From: Trichoplax adhaerens
Taxonomy: Eukaryota > Animalia > Placozoa
Length of the DNA: 64,000 bases
Assembly: GCF_000150275.1 (NCBI RefSeq)
Contig: NW_002060948.1
Location: 4,166,759-4,230,758 of the forward strand
Reading direction: 5' to 3'
This document shows positions 28,815 to 42,592 of the stretch, piece by piece (positions within the stretch are counted from its first letter, which is position 1; every line of letters starts with the position of its first letter). The translations under genes and the position numbers were made by a program. The notes beneath the pieces were generated by a model. The model was not told the origin of the DNA. It was given only the letters and a program-made list of their open reading frames with translations, and ran no database searches.

Positions 28815-30331
28815 GACTTGCATGCCAATTAATACAGCTACTGCCATGACATTTCTAGTGCCTTTTCCGTCACTCATTTACATACTGGCAGTAAGATCAG
28901 GATTTGCCTAATGTTGAAGCTAGCACCACAGCGCAAAGATAAGATTAATTTGTTTCTGCCGGTCAATCCGTAATCGACTCGGTAATAATACTGTTTTGGC
29001 ATCTGTTAAGATAACTTCATAAATCATATGTACTGTAGCGTGTGACCAGTGACACCTTGTATTGCATGAAAGTGTAGGATTAAATCAAACAATGCGTTGT
29101 GATATCATCTGCTTCAGCGTAATAAAGCTGCCATTTCTTATGTATCTCATATAGTTGTTATAGTTCATGTGTCTAGTGTTATGATCAATATTGATAGCGG
29201 ATAATAGAACAGTGGTAGATCATTAGCCTTATGGTAATCTACTTATTTGAAATACGCATATTAAATGAGTAAGGCTATAAGCGGACTGTACTGGTTTCAC
29301 AGGATACAGATATAGCCATTATGACGTTAAAATACCAGTAGTTAATATTGATTATATTATTAATTAGTTAACGACTTTATAGCTTTCATGATTGGATGAT
29401 TTAACCTACCATCGCGGTAGCTACAGTGATTGCAGAACATTAAATGTTAAGGCAATCATACTGTATAGCGGGGTTTTTATATGCACACTTAATTAATAGT
29501 TCGTGACAGACCAGTTCAACATCGTATATATTAAATGTCGTTGCCAGAATCTTGGAAGTGATCAGATTCTAAGCTAGTTTAAGAGATGATTTCGTTTACT
29601 ATTTGCGTAGCACTACCGTTTACTGTACGTACACTTGCATGTATACAGCACAGTACAATATACACTAACATTGAGCTGGTGCAAGTGTCATAGATCATTG
29701 CAAAGATAAAAAAAAATTGAGTACAGGACAGTCTCATAGAGTTGAAGTCTTATCTCAGTCCCCTGTTGCTTATCCGGAATATACTCTGTTGTTAAACTGT
29801 ATAATGAAATAGTCAATGAGTGCTGTGTAAACTTTGAACTCGAGCTACGGAACAGCAACTTTGCTTGAACAAGGGAGAACGATCTTAATCGTTGCACTAT
29901 AAAAAGTCTGCCGATTTCTTCATCTCAGGGGCTACTAAATGAAAAAGAAAGAACTTACAGTACAGTAATTAATGATACAAAACAAGAAATAAATGAGCTT
30001 AAGCAGTTTCTGAAAAATTAACAGCGTGGTCGATGCTCTGTGCTTCACTGTAGTTTGAGCTGATTGTGACCGTAACAGCACAAGTGCACGTAGAGGTAAA
30101 AATGCCTTTTCCTTTATCTCTAACTTTAGGATCCAAAGTCGTCGAATTTTGTATGTGCCCTGCTGTTTGCAGTATACCGCCACAACTACATCTGTTTACG
30201 GTTATTACTATGATGCAAGGTAGACCATTGTAATGAGACCGTAACAACAATAGGATGGCTAAATGATAGAGCTAATAGAAGTACAGTATTGTTACTCATA
30301 GTGTTACAATAGATTATCTTTTACTTAGTTT

Positions 30332-30636
30332 TAGTACAGATTACAGTACTGTACTATTAATAGTAACCATGGACGACTTTAGTAACAGTAGTGCATTGTA
30401 CAGTACTGTACAGACAGTACAGTACCGTACTGTATACTTGTACTGTAATGCTGTACTGTACAGTACTTTCTATTGGTTAACAACTTAACATACTGTACTA
30501 TACTGTACAGTGTACACTGTACAGTACTGTACTGTACAGTACAGTATAGTACACTACAGTACAGTATTTACAGTTACAGTGCACAGTACAGTACGGTAGT
30601 TGCTACACACTGTACAGGTACTGTACTGAAACTGTA
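30332..30636. repeat. (TACAG/CTGTA)n array upstream of EFHD
   Basis: Longest array in the window: tactgtactatactgtacagtgtacactgtacagtactgtactgtacagtacagtatagtacactacagtacagta...; ends ~310 bp before the EFHD ATG. Confidence 0.88.
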
Positions 30637-30943
30637 TTTAAATTAAATTTTCCTTTCATACTGTAATGTAAAGCATATAAGACTCATAACATTGTACTTC
30701 ACTTCCTAAAAAGCTAATTTGCTACCTCTCCCTTAACGGTAAGTGCTTCGATGTGGTAGGCTTCTTATTGTGCTGCACTGCTACATCATAGTTATACAAA
30801 GTAGACACATTATTTATATCTTATCTAGTCAATCGATGAGCTATTAAATTTCAACTGTAAAACACTTTCATAATAGGGAATTTTGATCGTTTCAATTTAT
30901 CGTAAGTGGTCCAATACTAAGCGTTGAAGCAAACATTAAGAAG

Positions 30944-33581
30944 ATGTGCGATTCTGAATTATCAGCTAAATTAGCTAGGCGGCAAGAAATTAATGAAGGT
31001 GTTCGCGAACCCGAAGCTTTGTCGGAGGCAAACGTTTTCAATCCATATACTGAATTTAAAGAGTTTTCTCGCAAGCAAATCAAGGAATTTGAAGGAATGT
31101 TTGCACAGTAAGTATTTGTAAGCGTACTGTACATACAAGTATACAGCAACATCTGTGAGTTTGCTCTGTTATTGTAATCTTTGTCAGCTTTGTACACACT
31201 GGACTGCACATGTTCGCGAATGAATAATACGCTTTAAAAGCAGGCTACAATACGCAATGAAAAAGACAATTAGATAATTATGTGCGTGGCAGCATAGAGT
31301 AAACTGTACCAAGACATAAAACTTGCAACAATTTTTTTTTTAAACATTTATCCGGTGTTAATGCACTGTTCAGTACACTTCTGTTACTGTACGTGTACTC
31401 TGCAGTACAGCATAAGTGTGCTGTACTGCACAGTGAATGCACGGTGCACGCGGATACTTACAGTACTGTAGTCATGGAACGGCGGCGTATTTTTTGTTAG
31501 CTTTAGAATAGACTTCGATCACCTGTTGCGGGCAGTTTCGACTTGATCAGCTATATATTTTTATTTATTATCAATTAATTAACTAAATGATTACTGTAGA
31601 AGTGAAAAAATAATTTTAGTTAAGTTAGTATTTTATGATACGACTTCAACTATATTAAATAATGATTGGTCTAGAGAGAATTTAGTCCTTGCTGCAGTAC
31701 AGTAATGAACTGATGATATCAACATAAATTTCAATCAAACTGTAATTTGTAGTAGTTTATTCTTGGATATTATAGTAATAATTAGATGCATAGACAGTAA
31801 ATGACTACCTGGGTAGTTATTAGGTAGTGAATCCCTGAATTGCTTAAGTTAAGAATTTAAATTTTACTTTAGCCGTATAATTCTGTAGCTTTATACAGTA
31901 TGTGCCGTAGTCCAATAGGTAGGTATTCGATGAATTAAAAGTAGCAGTGTGACCACACTACAGTGTACAGTACAGTACTGACCAAGGATGGACATTGGGC
32001 AATACCACGGTAGATTGAAAATTGTTAATGTATACCTTGAGTTTGTCTATTCTCGAAGCTTTTGCTATGAATTAAGAGATAGTAAACCAATCCCTGGTAC
32101 TGACAGTAGTCACCAGTGGCGGATGTAAATCTCCGTGACGCCGATGCTCAATACAGTACTTGGAATACGCGCAGAATGATTAATTAATATATCGTATTTT
32201 ATGTTATATACAGTACTGTATACTGTATAATCAATGTTGATGCATATAAAATAGTTTATACACGTCGTAAATTAAATTGATAGCTCTATGGCAATCACTG
32301 CTTTGAAATTGTTACTATTCTAATTGATAGCATTATTATCAATGAGTTCAGTTGTCGGATCAAGTCTAACATCAATACTCAGGTCCAAGTCAAGATACTC
32401 GTTGAGCGCTGCCGTCTTGCATGCAGTGCACACTGATAAGGAAAGCAGACACTGTATAGACGAGCAACTGGTTGTTGATTATCTTAGCTCGTATTAAAGT
32501 TTTTTCGAGATTAGAAAACAATTACCTTTGGCTAATTACTGATTGCTATAAGAATATTTAAACCCAACATTGTTGATCAATAGTATAAATCTAATAGTGA
32601 AGCAGTAATCTTTTGAAGTGGGATTATTGAGCTAAATTTTCAGACTTGAATGGTTGAAATACTATTTGACTGTTTATTAACGTAATCCCTCCAATTATCA
32701 GCCTACTGCATGCGCAATTTTTTGATTTTTTACGTTATAGTTGATCGAATTATCGCGTTATTTCTGCGGTGCGGTATATACCTGTCACATTTATTAACGT
32801 ATATTGTATGGGATGTTTACATTTTGATCAACAGTAAGTATAATTTATGTACAATATTAATCGCAAGTACCTGCATGTAAGTGAAAGATTATAATAAGAG
32901 TATTTGGCGTGCGTACGCTAATTGCAGCCAAAGAAGAATGTTTTACCGCAATTGAAGACAAAAGTCTTAGGCCTAGATGGCTCTGTTGTTACTTCTTGTC
33001 AGTGCGTTATATCATGAACGTAATTAAGCTTAAATTATCTTGTTCGTTATCATTATGTTCAAAAATTGATAATAGACACGACATTGATAAGAATGGTTTC
33101 ATTGACATGCAAGAGCTAAAGCTAATGATGGAAAAGCTTGGAAATCCACAAACCCATTCTTCGTTAAAAAATATACTGTTAACTGTGGATGAAGATAAAG
33201 ACAATATGATCAACTTTCGAGAGGTACACTTGGCAGCTCTGTTTGAAACTACAACAGTTAGTGGCTCTGGCTTTATTAAAATTTGTAGTCTAATTTTCCT
33301 TTTATTTTCAGTTTCTTCTGCTATTTCGCCATGTTGCTGCTGGAGATTTAACTACAGATTCGGACGCTATGACGGCTTTAGCCAATTTAGCCGAAATAGA
33401 TGTAGGCACTGCTGGAGTAAAAAATGCAAAGAGCTTTTTCGAAGCAAAAATCGATAAATTAAGCATTGGCAAGAAAAGAGAGGAAGAAATTAAGGCTGAA
33501 CAGGAAGAAAAAAAGAAATCTTCAATGGAAGCTGCTGAACGTCGTAAAAATTTTAATGAAAAGATGTCCGTGTTTAAGTAA
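30944..33581 (+). CDS. EFHD2: EF-hand domain protein D (swiprosin/EFHD1-2 co-ortholog), 193 aa, 3 exons
   Basis: Exons 30944-31107, 33076-33223, 33312-33581 (582 nt). MCDSELSAKLARRQEINEG...VFNPYTEFKEFSRKQIK; EF hands DIDKNGFIDMQE and DEDKDNMINFRE; LKLMMEKLGNPQTH; EIDVGTAGVKNAKSFFEAK; C-terminal coiled coil. Confidence 0.95.
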
Positions 33582-35288
33582 CTTTGTTACTTTCAGCATA
33601 GCTTAACGTACAAGGCACCTAGCCTAATTCTAATACGCATTAGTAGTAATGCAGCAGTTATCATTTTTTTATTTTACAGTTAATAAATTATTTAAAAATA
33701 GTCCTTTGATCGAAATAAATCATGAAATTGTCGCTATTCTAATTTTACTGATTTATTAATATAAATTTTTTCATGCGTGAGATAATCACCAAGTAATGTT
33801 TATTCGAAATGAGCGTTAATATTCTTTCAATTGCTAATTTCTTTGACTTTGATTTGTCTTTTAGCACGTGAAGTAGTCCTAGTCCTGCTATCATAGACAG
33901 ATGCAAGTATGCGTAATATTTCAGATTGAAATAGTTACAGTACACCATCAATCACCACAGCAAAAATGCTACGAGGTGTTAGATGGTGCTTATGGTACTA
34001 TACTATAGTATTCTGTAGTCTGTATTTTTGTCTGTTGACATATAAGCCTTAAAATTTCTCTTTGGCTTATATATTATATTCAATGATAGCCAGAAAGTTA
34101 TGGTATGCCATTATACATTGGCTGTTAGTGCAATAGTATATTTTACCGATTTATCAATATTAATGATCATTCAATAGCTTGCCAACAGATTTCGATACTG
34201 ATGATTTTCTTTAAATTATCTTGAAATAGTAATTTCAATTTTTTCTGTGTAATCGTAAATGTTACCGAATAATTCATTGATATGATGTTTAAGTAACATA
34301 CGTATTTGCAGTGACTGATTAAAAGCGCTGCTTTTCCGATTTTGGTTATTGATCCTTGATTTATTCTTTAGCACACCCGAATCTATCCAATATTTCTATA
34401 TAGTTGCCTTATAGACACCGTAAATACATTCCTAGTCCGTAAATTGCATCTTAAATTGATAACTATGTGATAGAGAAATTTGCATTAGGAAACGTATAAT
34501 GATTTAAGAAACAGCTTCAAATTTTGGAAGAGCACACCGATTGTTAATATTGAATACCCAAAACCTAAATACTACCAGTAGTAGTAGCATGTTATTGACG
34601 TATTTCGGTTAATTAACCAGTTCAGGTACTTGCATTCTGATGCAGTATACTGCACTAGTAGTACTGTTAAACATGGCCTTAATATTTAACGTGCATTACA
34701 TTAACTGACTCACGCACACCCAGCTGTGCATTGTCACTATGTATAAACTTAGTAAACTGCTCGGTGGAGATACTCGGTAGTCTTTATGTACAGTTCATGC
34801 GGTCGTTGGTTGACTCTTACCCCAAGTCCTAACTGCATACTATCGTCCAATTAAAATAAAAGAAATTAATAAGTAATTGAGTATTAACTTGGGAAATTTG
34901 ATCCTGGCAATCAGCCGAATACCTTGTAGAAAAGGTTCCGTATACAGATTTTAGTTATCTGGTCGACTATGCTTACTGTGTTGCCGTTCTTCAAAAATTG
35001 AGGATACCCGTTCCAGGATCTGGCTGGGCATGATTCACTTCAGTTGAAGCACCATCTGCGCATGCGGTTTCGGGCGAAGAAAAAGTAAAATTCCTCAGCT
35101 TGTGTCAGTATGGTTACTATGGTATACCAGCAGAAGTAGAGGCATGCCTCAAACTTTAGTCCATTATCATAGTAGTGGTAAGAAACAATTTTTTTCAGTC
35201 TATAGCAACATATTGTACATTCTACAGTATACAGTATCTTGAATTATGCGCTCTGTAACTGTACTGCATAAGTTAAATCAAGGCCAGA

Positions 35289-35641
35289 CTACAGTACAGT
35301 ACTGTACGGAGTACGGTAATGTGTTGTCTTGTACGGCCGTAAAGTCCCATGGACTACTTACAGTACTACATTAGTAGTTGTACAGTGTACAGTACATCTA
35401 CCATTGTGGTTGGTACTGTACACTGTACAGTACATATGACCAGTGAGTGAGACCACCTGCCTGACGAATCAACTTACAGGCCCGCTGCGGTCTGATTTTC
35501 GTACCATGATTACCAGTCCGATAATTCCAATTCCCTTATACAGTACTGTACTGTACAGTACAGTACTGTAGTGACTACAGTACTGTACAATAGTACTGTA
35601 CTGTACTGTACTGTACTGTACGTCCAGTACAGTACTGTACA
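35289..35641. repeat. (TACAG/CTGTA)n array upstream of the putative eIF5A first exon
   Basis: Two dense blocks (35289-35433, 35540-35641), e.g. tacagtactgtactgtacagtacagtactgta and tactgtactgtactgtactgtactgtac. Confidence 0.88.
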
Positions 35642-35669
35642 TCCTCATCTCACTTATTACGCACGTGCA

Positions 35670-35737
35670 ACAATCTTTCAGCACTGGGAGCGATTCTTCT
35701 GCGTAACCGGCCATTTTTTCCTTCGATTCACGTAAGT
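35670..35737 (+). promoter_or_regulatory. Putative TSS / non-coding first exon of eIF5A with splice donor at 35732
   Basis: Immediately after the array: pyrimidine-rich atctttc (TCT-like), ggccattttttccttcg (YY1-like GCCAT) and a perfect donor cac|GTAAGT at 35732. An AG acceptor (ttaattatag, 38119-38120) lies 12 nt before the eIF5A ATG. Confidence 0.5.
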
Positions 35738-38132
35738 TGAAGAGTTGAGAGATAGTTTTAAATCAGTTTTGTTATGCTGTCTTAGCATGATAGCTTGGAA
35801 TCATCTTTGAATAAGAAATTGTGCTAATGATTTCGACTACCTGTATATTGATTATTGATCATTTTGTAAAAGTACTTGTCACTTCTTCCGAGATTTGATT
35901 GATTTTGAAATCAAGTTAATTGGGGTACTCTAATCGGAGTTCACATGCTCCCAGTGGCTAGCAAATATTGTAGAACACCTCATCGTAACAGTCAATGCCA
36001 TCAATGGAAATGTTGAATGTGGGATACGGATGGTTGCAGATTATACTATGATATTGCGATGGGTGATTGAATGACCAGAAATAGGAGCTATCATTTCTCT
36101 ATCCAAAGAGGATGATCACTTTTTGTCTTTTACTACTTTCTTATAGTATTCTCTACGATGGAAAGTATGACTAGGGTATAGAGTTCTAGCTTGAACACTT
36201 GCTTGAATTTATATTAGGATAGCAAATTGGGAATAGTAGTAGTGTAAATATATCTCCCATTGCTAACTAATGCAATCACTGCCAATTTCATAAATCGATT
36301 ACAAGTAATTCTATCTTTTCGTATACTCTAAACCATGCCTACGCGCCACTCTCGACAACAACTTACGGCATCTTTGGGGATTAGTGAAGGCCTTAAAAGG
36401 ATGATCGTTGATATATTTTGAAAGGGTAATCATCTAAATTGGACATAGCATGAATATCAGTACAGTAATACTACTTGGTTAGATATTCTACACTAATTAT
36501 AATTATTGATGCTAACAACGGTACAAGCTTACTCCATCCGCGAAATAATATATTTCTGCCCATCGTCCATTGATCACACAACTCTGTCTAGTACTAGACT
36601 TGTACGCCGTCCCTGCTGTATTGTACTGTACTGGCTAATGCATAGTAAGATCTCTTTGAAAAACCCAAAGCATAATTGTGAATACGGGGTTGCAGTATGC
36701 TAAGTCTATAGTGATATGAGTACTTTTAGAATAATTTACTGTTAACTTAATTCACAGCAAGAAGTTGTCAAATTGTTTTCTCCATTTAAAGCACTACTGA
36801 ACTTATTCTATCGTTATTATCATCAATGTGGCGCAATTTTCAGTAACCGCACTGTGCGATATTGCCCTTTGATCGTATTGAAAGCGTTATAGTTCATAAT
36901 TATATTATAATACTCAGATGGAAGGATTCAATTTTTTATCCGCATCAGGTGAAGACACAAGTCCCCCACCTTTAATACCATCATTATAATTTTAGGGTCT
37001 GATGTTTTCAATCTGGAAGTTATCATTATTGCTAGTAATGTGCGTTTTGGTTTGGTGGTGTAAAATATGACAGTGATTCAATAGTTGAAAATGTCAATTC
37101 TTTGCCTGGGCGCACTCTAACTTTTCTTCATCGATAGGGGATAGTAACTGAACGGTAGAGAAATTACTCTATTAAACTTTAAATTAAGATAGATATTACC
37201 ACAGAACGGATACTGAGATTTTAGCTTAATTTGTTACAGTTATTAAAATAATAATGATAGTTTTAAATTCCGATTTCGTTCTAATATTATACAACAATTA
37301 TGGTATATGACTGTGCCAGTATTTCCGAGCACGTATCTTGCGTTGCATCCTTAAAGGCGTTCGACTTGCAGCTTAACATTACGCGAATTTGACTTTGCAA
37401 ATGATAAATAACATAAAGATTGCAAACTGCGAATAGGACTGAGATCATTAGATGCAAGAACCATGAAATAGGTGTTGATAGTTCAATTTTGAAAACGTTA
37501 CTCAAATGAATGCTCCTTTGTTAGTAAAGCATAGCTCCAACTAAAGTTCGTCGGATGTGCAACTATTTATTATTGTAAGATTTGATCTTGATGAAGATTT
37601 AGATAAATCTGTAATAACAATTCGATAGTAGCTTGCTAGTATACGTTGGCAAAGTTATTTAAATTATTGCAGCCTATATGAGAGAGCAGAGCGATTTATA
37701 AAATATTTATAGTCTTTACATATCAAATTATAACAGGGAATTTTATTGGAGATTTTAGCACCTGTTCACTTATACCCGTATAGTAATACTGTACAAAGGT
37801 ATACATCTTAATTACTGTCGAAACCTTAGCTTGTTAAATATCAAATGGCTACAACACTCTAGTGAGGCAAAGTTGAGTGTAGCTAATTACCAACTTTAGC
37901 GTAGCCGGTGAAAATCTCTTGGAATTGCTTTAATTAAGAATACCGTAGTAACATACAAAACGGCAATTATTTCACGGATTTTGAACAAACCTATAGTCGT
38001 TATATTAATTGATATTATATTTAAGTAAGTTTGTGGGTAATTTATTGATGAAAGTTTACCATTACTTGAGAACGTCCATTTAAATTTTTCTAAGTTTTGC
38101 GTATATTAAATTAATTATAGTAATAGATTAGA

Positions 38133-38681
38133 ATGCTTGAAGACGATTTCGAAGGAGGTGATGCAGGTGCATCGTCGACATATCCTGCGCAATGTTCGTC
38201 ACTTCGTAAGAATGGCTTCGTTGTGTTGAAAAGTCGCCCTTGCAAGATCGTTGAAATGTCGACGTCCAAAACTGGCAAACATGGCCATGCTAAAGTGCAT
38301 CTTGTCGGTATTGACATCTTTAATCAGAAGAAATACGAGGATATCTGTCCTTCCACGCATAACATGAACGTCCCTAATGTGAAGAGAAGAGACTTCCAAG
38401 TAAGTGTCATGAAACGCGTACAGCAATGAAATAGTTATGAATATAGCTTTCTCTAAACATAGCTTTCTACTTGACAATTTAAACAGCTTATCGGGATTAC
38501 CGAAGATTACTTAAGCTTGATGGACGACGGTGGAGAAATTCGGGATGATCTACGCATGCCTGAAGGGGATCTTGGAAAGGATATACAGACTCGTTATGAT
38601 AATGATGAACCATCTCTGGTTACTATTTTATCTGCTATGGGAGAAGAGGCAGCAATTGCTGTCAAAAATATGGCTAAATAG
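38133..38681 (+). CDS. EIF5A: Eukaryotic translation initiation/elongation factor 5A, 153 aa, 2 coding exons
   Basis: Exons 38133-38399 and 38487-38681 (462 nt). Hypusination motif [12 protein letters not shown], plus [24 protein letters not shown] and the C-terminal OB-fold REDL-type [11 protein letters not shown]...[12 protein letters not shown]. Confidence 0.98.
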
Positions 38682-41600
38682 ATATCTAAATGTGTACTAC
38701 CGTAAGCGTATGAAGTATACAGGTAGATTCTGTAACTTGCTACAAATGTAATTTACAGTAGGGTACTAATCTTCTTATCATTCGATATACTTTAAATTTT
38801 GTTGGTTTAACGTGATTAGCATCATCTGTTTACCTTTAGCATAATTGTAATCGTTGGCACCATCGTCTTTGTAGCAATATGTTAATAATGGAGGAGTATG
38901 CTATCGCTGCAAATACTGCAGTTATCTATTACCCAAATTTCTGAATTAACAACAGTTGAGCAGCTATCGGCTACTTAGACCGCTGTAATTTGTCTAAGAT
39001 TGCAAGAGAGTTGTAATAAAAATGTCTATTAGAACTTGCGTGAAGTATTTACTTGAAAATTGAATAGGTGATTTAAGTTATCTCACCGCATGCATTATAA
39101 CTTATGCGGTTTGTTGCAGAAGTACATACTTTCGAAGGTGTAAGGCATGCTATTAGTATCGTCGATTGGATGATATGGAAAATTTGTACGTTTGTAGATA
39201 ATGCTATAAATAAGCCTTTTCTAAAGATTTTAGGAGGGTTTATTACAAGCTAGCAGACAATATGCGTACATTGGAAGATCTTAGAGATTTTTGACCAGCT
39301 ATTTATTAAGTAATGGCTCAGTCTGGTCGTGCATCTGCTTCTTCTTGTTAACTATTGGGAAAAAGTTTAGATTGCTATATAATCATAATGTCATCGTTAA
39401 TTTTTATGCTGCATAGCGGAGATATAGAGTGTAAAGTCTATAGATTCCCTAGTATAGTCATTGTCGTAAAATATTAACGATTATCGTCCATTCAGGAATG
39501 TCAGCACATAGCTTTATATTGGTATTCAGAAAGTATAAAGTAAATTTCAGCGTATTAGAGCCTGACTCTTGTTTAATTAAAAAAACTACCGTAAATTTAT
39601 CTTTTGTAAATGCCCAACTTCATGATAACAAAAGCTACTGTTTGTTTAATGTAACCAGGAAAAAACAGTTCCAAGGCAAGCTACTTCTGTAAATGCAGCG
39701 AATAAGATATTATCTATTAAAGCAATCGCATTACATACGAGCAATAGTGTTAAAGTTGATTTCAAGATATAACTATAATAGCTTACACATTTAAATATAT
39801 ATCTTAAGCTGAAACATGTTTACATTTTTGTGATGTGTGGGGATGAAAAACGGAAGCACATTTTTGTGAGAACTCCAGCACTATCAAACTGTTCGTAGAA
39901 TTACTTCTGCAGTCACAAATGCGAACTAATTATTTTGATATTGAATCTTTCGGAGCGGTGAATGTAGACATCGAAATTTGGAAGTTGATACAGTAGTAAT
40001 TCTAGGATCAGTTATTCGTGTACCGTTGTTAACGTGATTATATTATTTATTAAACTCTCATGCTTTGTTATCTACTTTATAATAGTAGCTAATTACACAG
40101 GCTATACAAAAATTCAGTTTACTGTATGCATGCTAGTGCAAAGCGATTTTTAGAATCAAACCTAATTCACTGTATAGACCCTTATATTTATGCTTATCGT
40201 ATTCTTAAAACTTCCTTCAAAAATCGTGGTTAAAATAGAATTCAAGACTTCTTAAATAGAACGTTTATAATTATTAAAAATAGATAGATCAACGGTCGTA
40301 GATTAAAAATGAAATTTAGTCTGTCGTAGTACTCGTTTATGTGTACAGTATTCCTTTTTTAGCCTTTACAACAATGTTTCAATCAGGAATACTATATTAT
40401 TAAAAAAATTTAATTCTCAATAAAATACCGTTTAACATTAGTGCACAATCTTCAAGTGCCCTGATATTTAAAATTATATTTTATTCCGCATTATGTTATT
40501 GCTATAAATCGTTTCAATTAGCTAAACCTAAAATAGTGTAATATTCCACTACAATTCGCTTTCGATTCAGTGAAAGTATTAGTTCTAGTAATGGCTGCCT
40601 GATGCTGTTCTACATGTAAGCATTTGAATATATAAGTGTAACGATTGCAAAGTTTAGATAGGGAAATCAGTGAAGTTGTGCTGTAGCAGAAAATATTATA
40701 AAATTTATGTTATGACTTCAGAAAGATACGAAACTTTAGAGGCAAAATTAAACACTCTTATTATTGAAGATATTTAATTGCTTTTTTCTAGTACAGTTCG
40801 CAGACTGTTATACAGTATTTATTCGGATGGAATGGATCACATCAGATAAATTTACACCTTTGCTTTAAAGGAATGTAACAAGATATGATTATAATATTAA
40901 TATATGTTTAATAATAAGAGCGGAAGATATCGTTAATGTAAGCACATATTGCTAACAGTTCAGCGTTCTTAAAACTAAATTTTAACAAGTCTGCACATGA
41001 ATATATTATAGTTAAAGTCTAATTAATAGCAGGCTTATTTATAATAACTAGAAAGCTGATCGTGACGAAAACCCAATCCATTACAATAGCATCGAAAACT
41101 CCATTCTGTGACACCATAAATTACGTATGTTTTAATACGCTACTTCTTGAGTTATCTATATTACTGCCAGACATTACTCACTAAAGCTCCTTAAAAATAG
41201 ATTTACTACTTCAGCGATTGTTATCAATCGGGGATAGCTAATAGAAAGATTCGGAAACACGATAATAAATTATCGTAGCTGTAATAGGTAATTTAATCCG
41301 TTTAATTGGTTAATTATTTATAATTATTCATTGATTGGGTACGGGTACCGATTACTTTTAAGATATATCTTTGATTTTAAGCACTATGATGCAACCAAGA
41401 TAAATTAGCTTTTAAAAAAAAATAAAACGCTGATAATTATAATCACTTGTTGATTCATTCTACTGAACGTAATACCACTATCTTGGTATTTGGTCACATA
41501 CATTTTAATACATCGTTCCGTATATTTACTTAAAAATAAGTCTACTACAGCAAGATAGAGCTTATAACCGAGTTTTGTGTAAGATGTAGATAATTTTAGC

Positions 41601-42592
41601 GGTAGCATATAGCAATCAATCAATTTGCAACGCAATTGAAATAACAGGTCATTCAAGTCATTTACCTGACCCAAATTTAAACTGTAATTTTAACAATTTC
41701 AGTGAATATTAGCTATTATACGATAATTTAAAACCTTAATTTATGTGATGTTGGCTATTTTAAATTGTATGTTAATAGATGAAGGTTGTAAATTTCCCTT
41801 CATATTGAAATTACATTTAGTTGATGCACATTCTTGATGAAGATTCGTAGTAAACGTATAATGTTAAATTGATCCAATGTAGTAAAATACGTTTTTGACT
41901 GGCTGATTGATTGATTGATTAATAATATTATCAGCAATATGCTTCGAATAACTGACGTCTAGCTAAACGAAAATTATAAATTAGATTAAGATTCATTATA
42001 TAGAAAGTAACTACATAAAAATGTTGGTAATTAAGCATATCATTAATTGAATAGAACAGAGATTTCCATGTCATTCTGGATAAGAACAAGTAATAGCAAT
42101 ACTAGTTAGTGATTTAATTATTCTGTAACTCACTAATTATAAAAGACCAATATCATTACTGCCCCTTCACTGCAGTATAATTATATTAAAATTTGTCTGG
42201 CTTTTAGATTGAAGTCTTTGAAATTGCAATTTCTCCATTTGTTTTAATAACATAATCATGCTAATCTTTTTATGACGTCAGCTGTTATTGATTACGATTA
42301 CTAACATAAAGTTTGATTCAACCTCGCCTATATTATAATGAAGAAAGATATATTATGTTGCAATATTGATTTAACATTAATTAATTTTTCCTCATGGTAA
42401 CAGTGGCAATTGCATGTTTGTTATAAATTGGAATAATAATGATAGCATTGTCTTATGTATTATTATTATCATTTGAAGCACCGATCAGTTTTGATTAGTC
42501 AAGTATTTAGTAGCCTGAGCATCTAATCTCTTTTTAAGTTAACACTAAGCAGCTGAAAGGAGATCGACGTACCACGCTACCGCCATTGAGAG

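Noticed and set aside
30332-30636. Possible CRISPR-like array
   Set aside because: No constant-length repeat/unique spacer structure, no cas genes and a eukaryotic context; it is a degenerate pentamer microsatellite.
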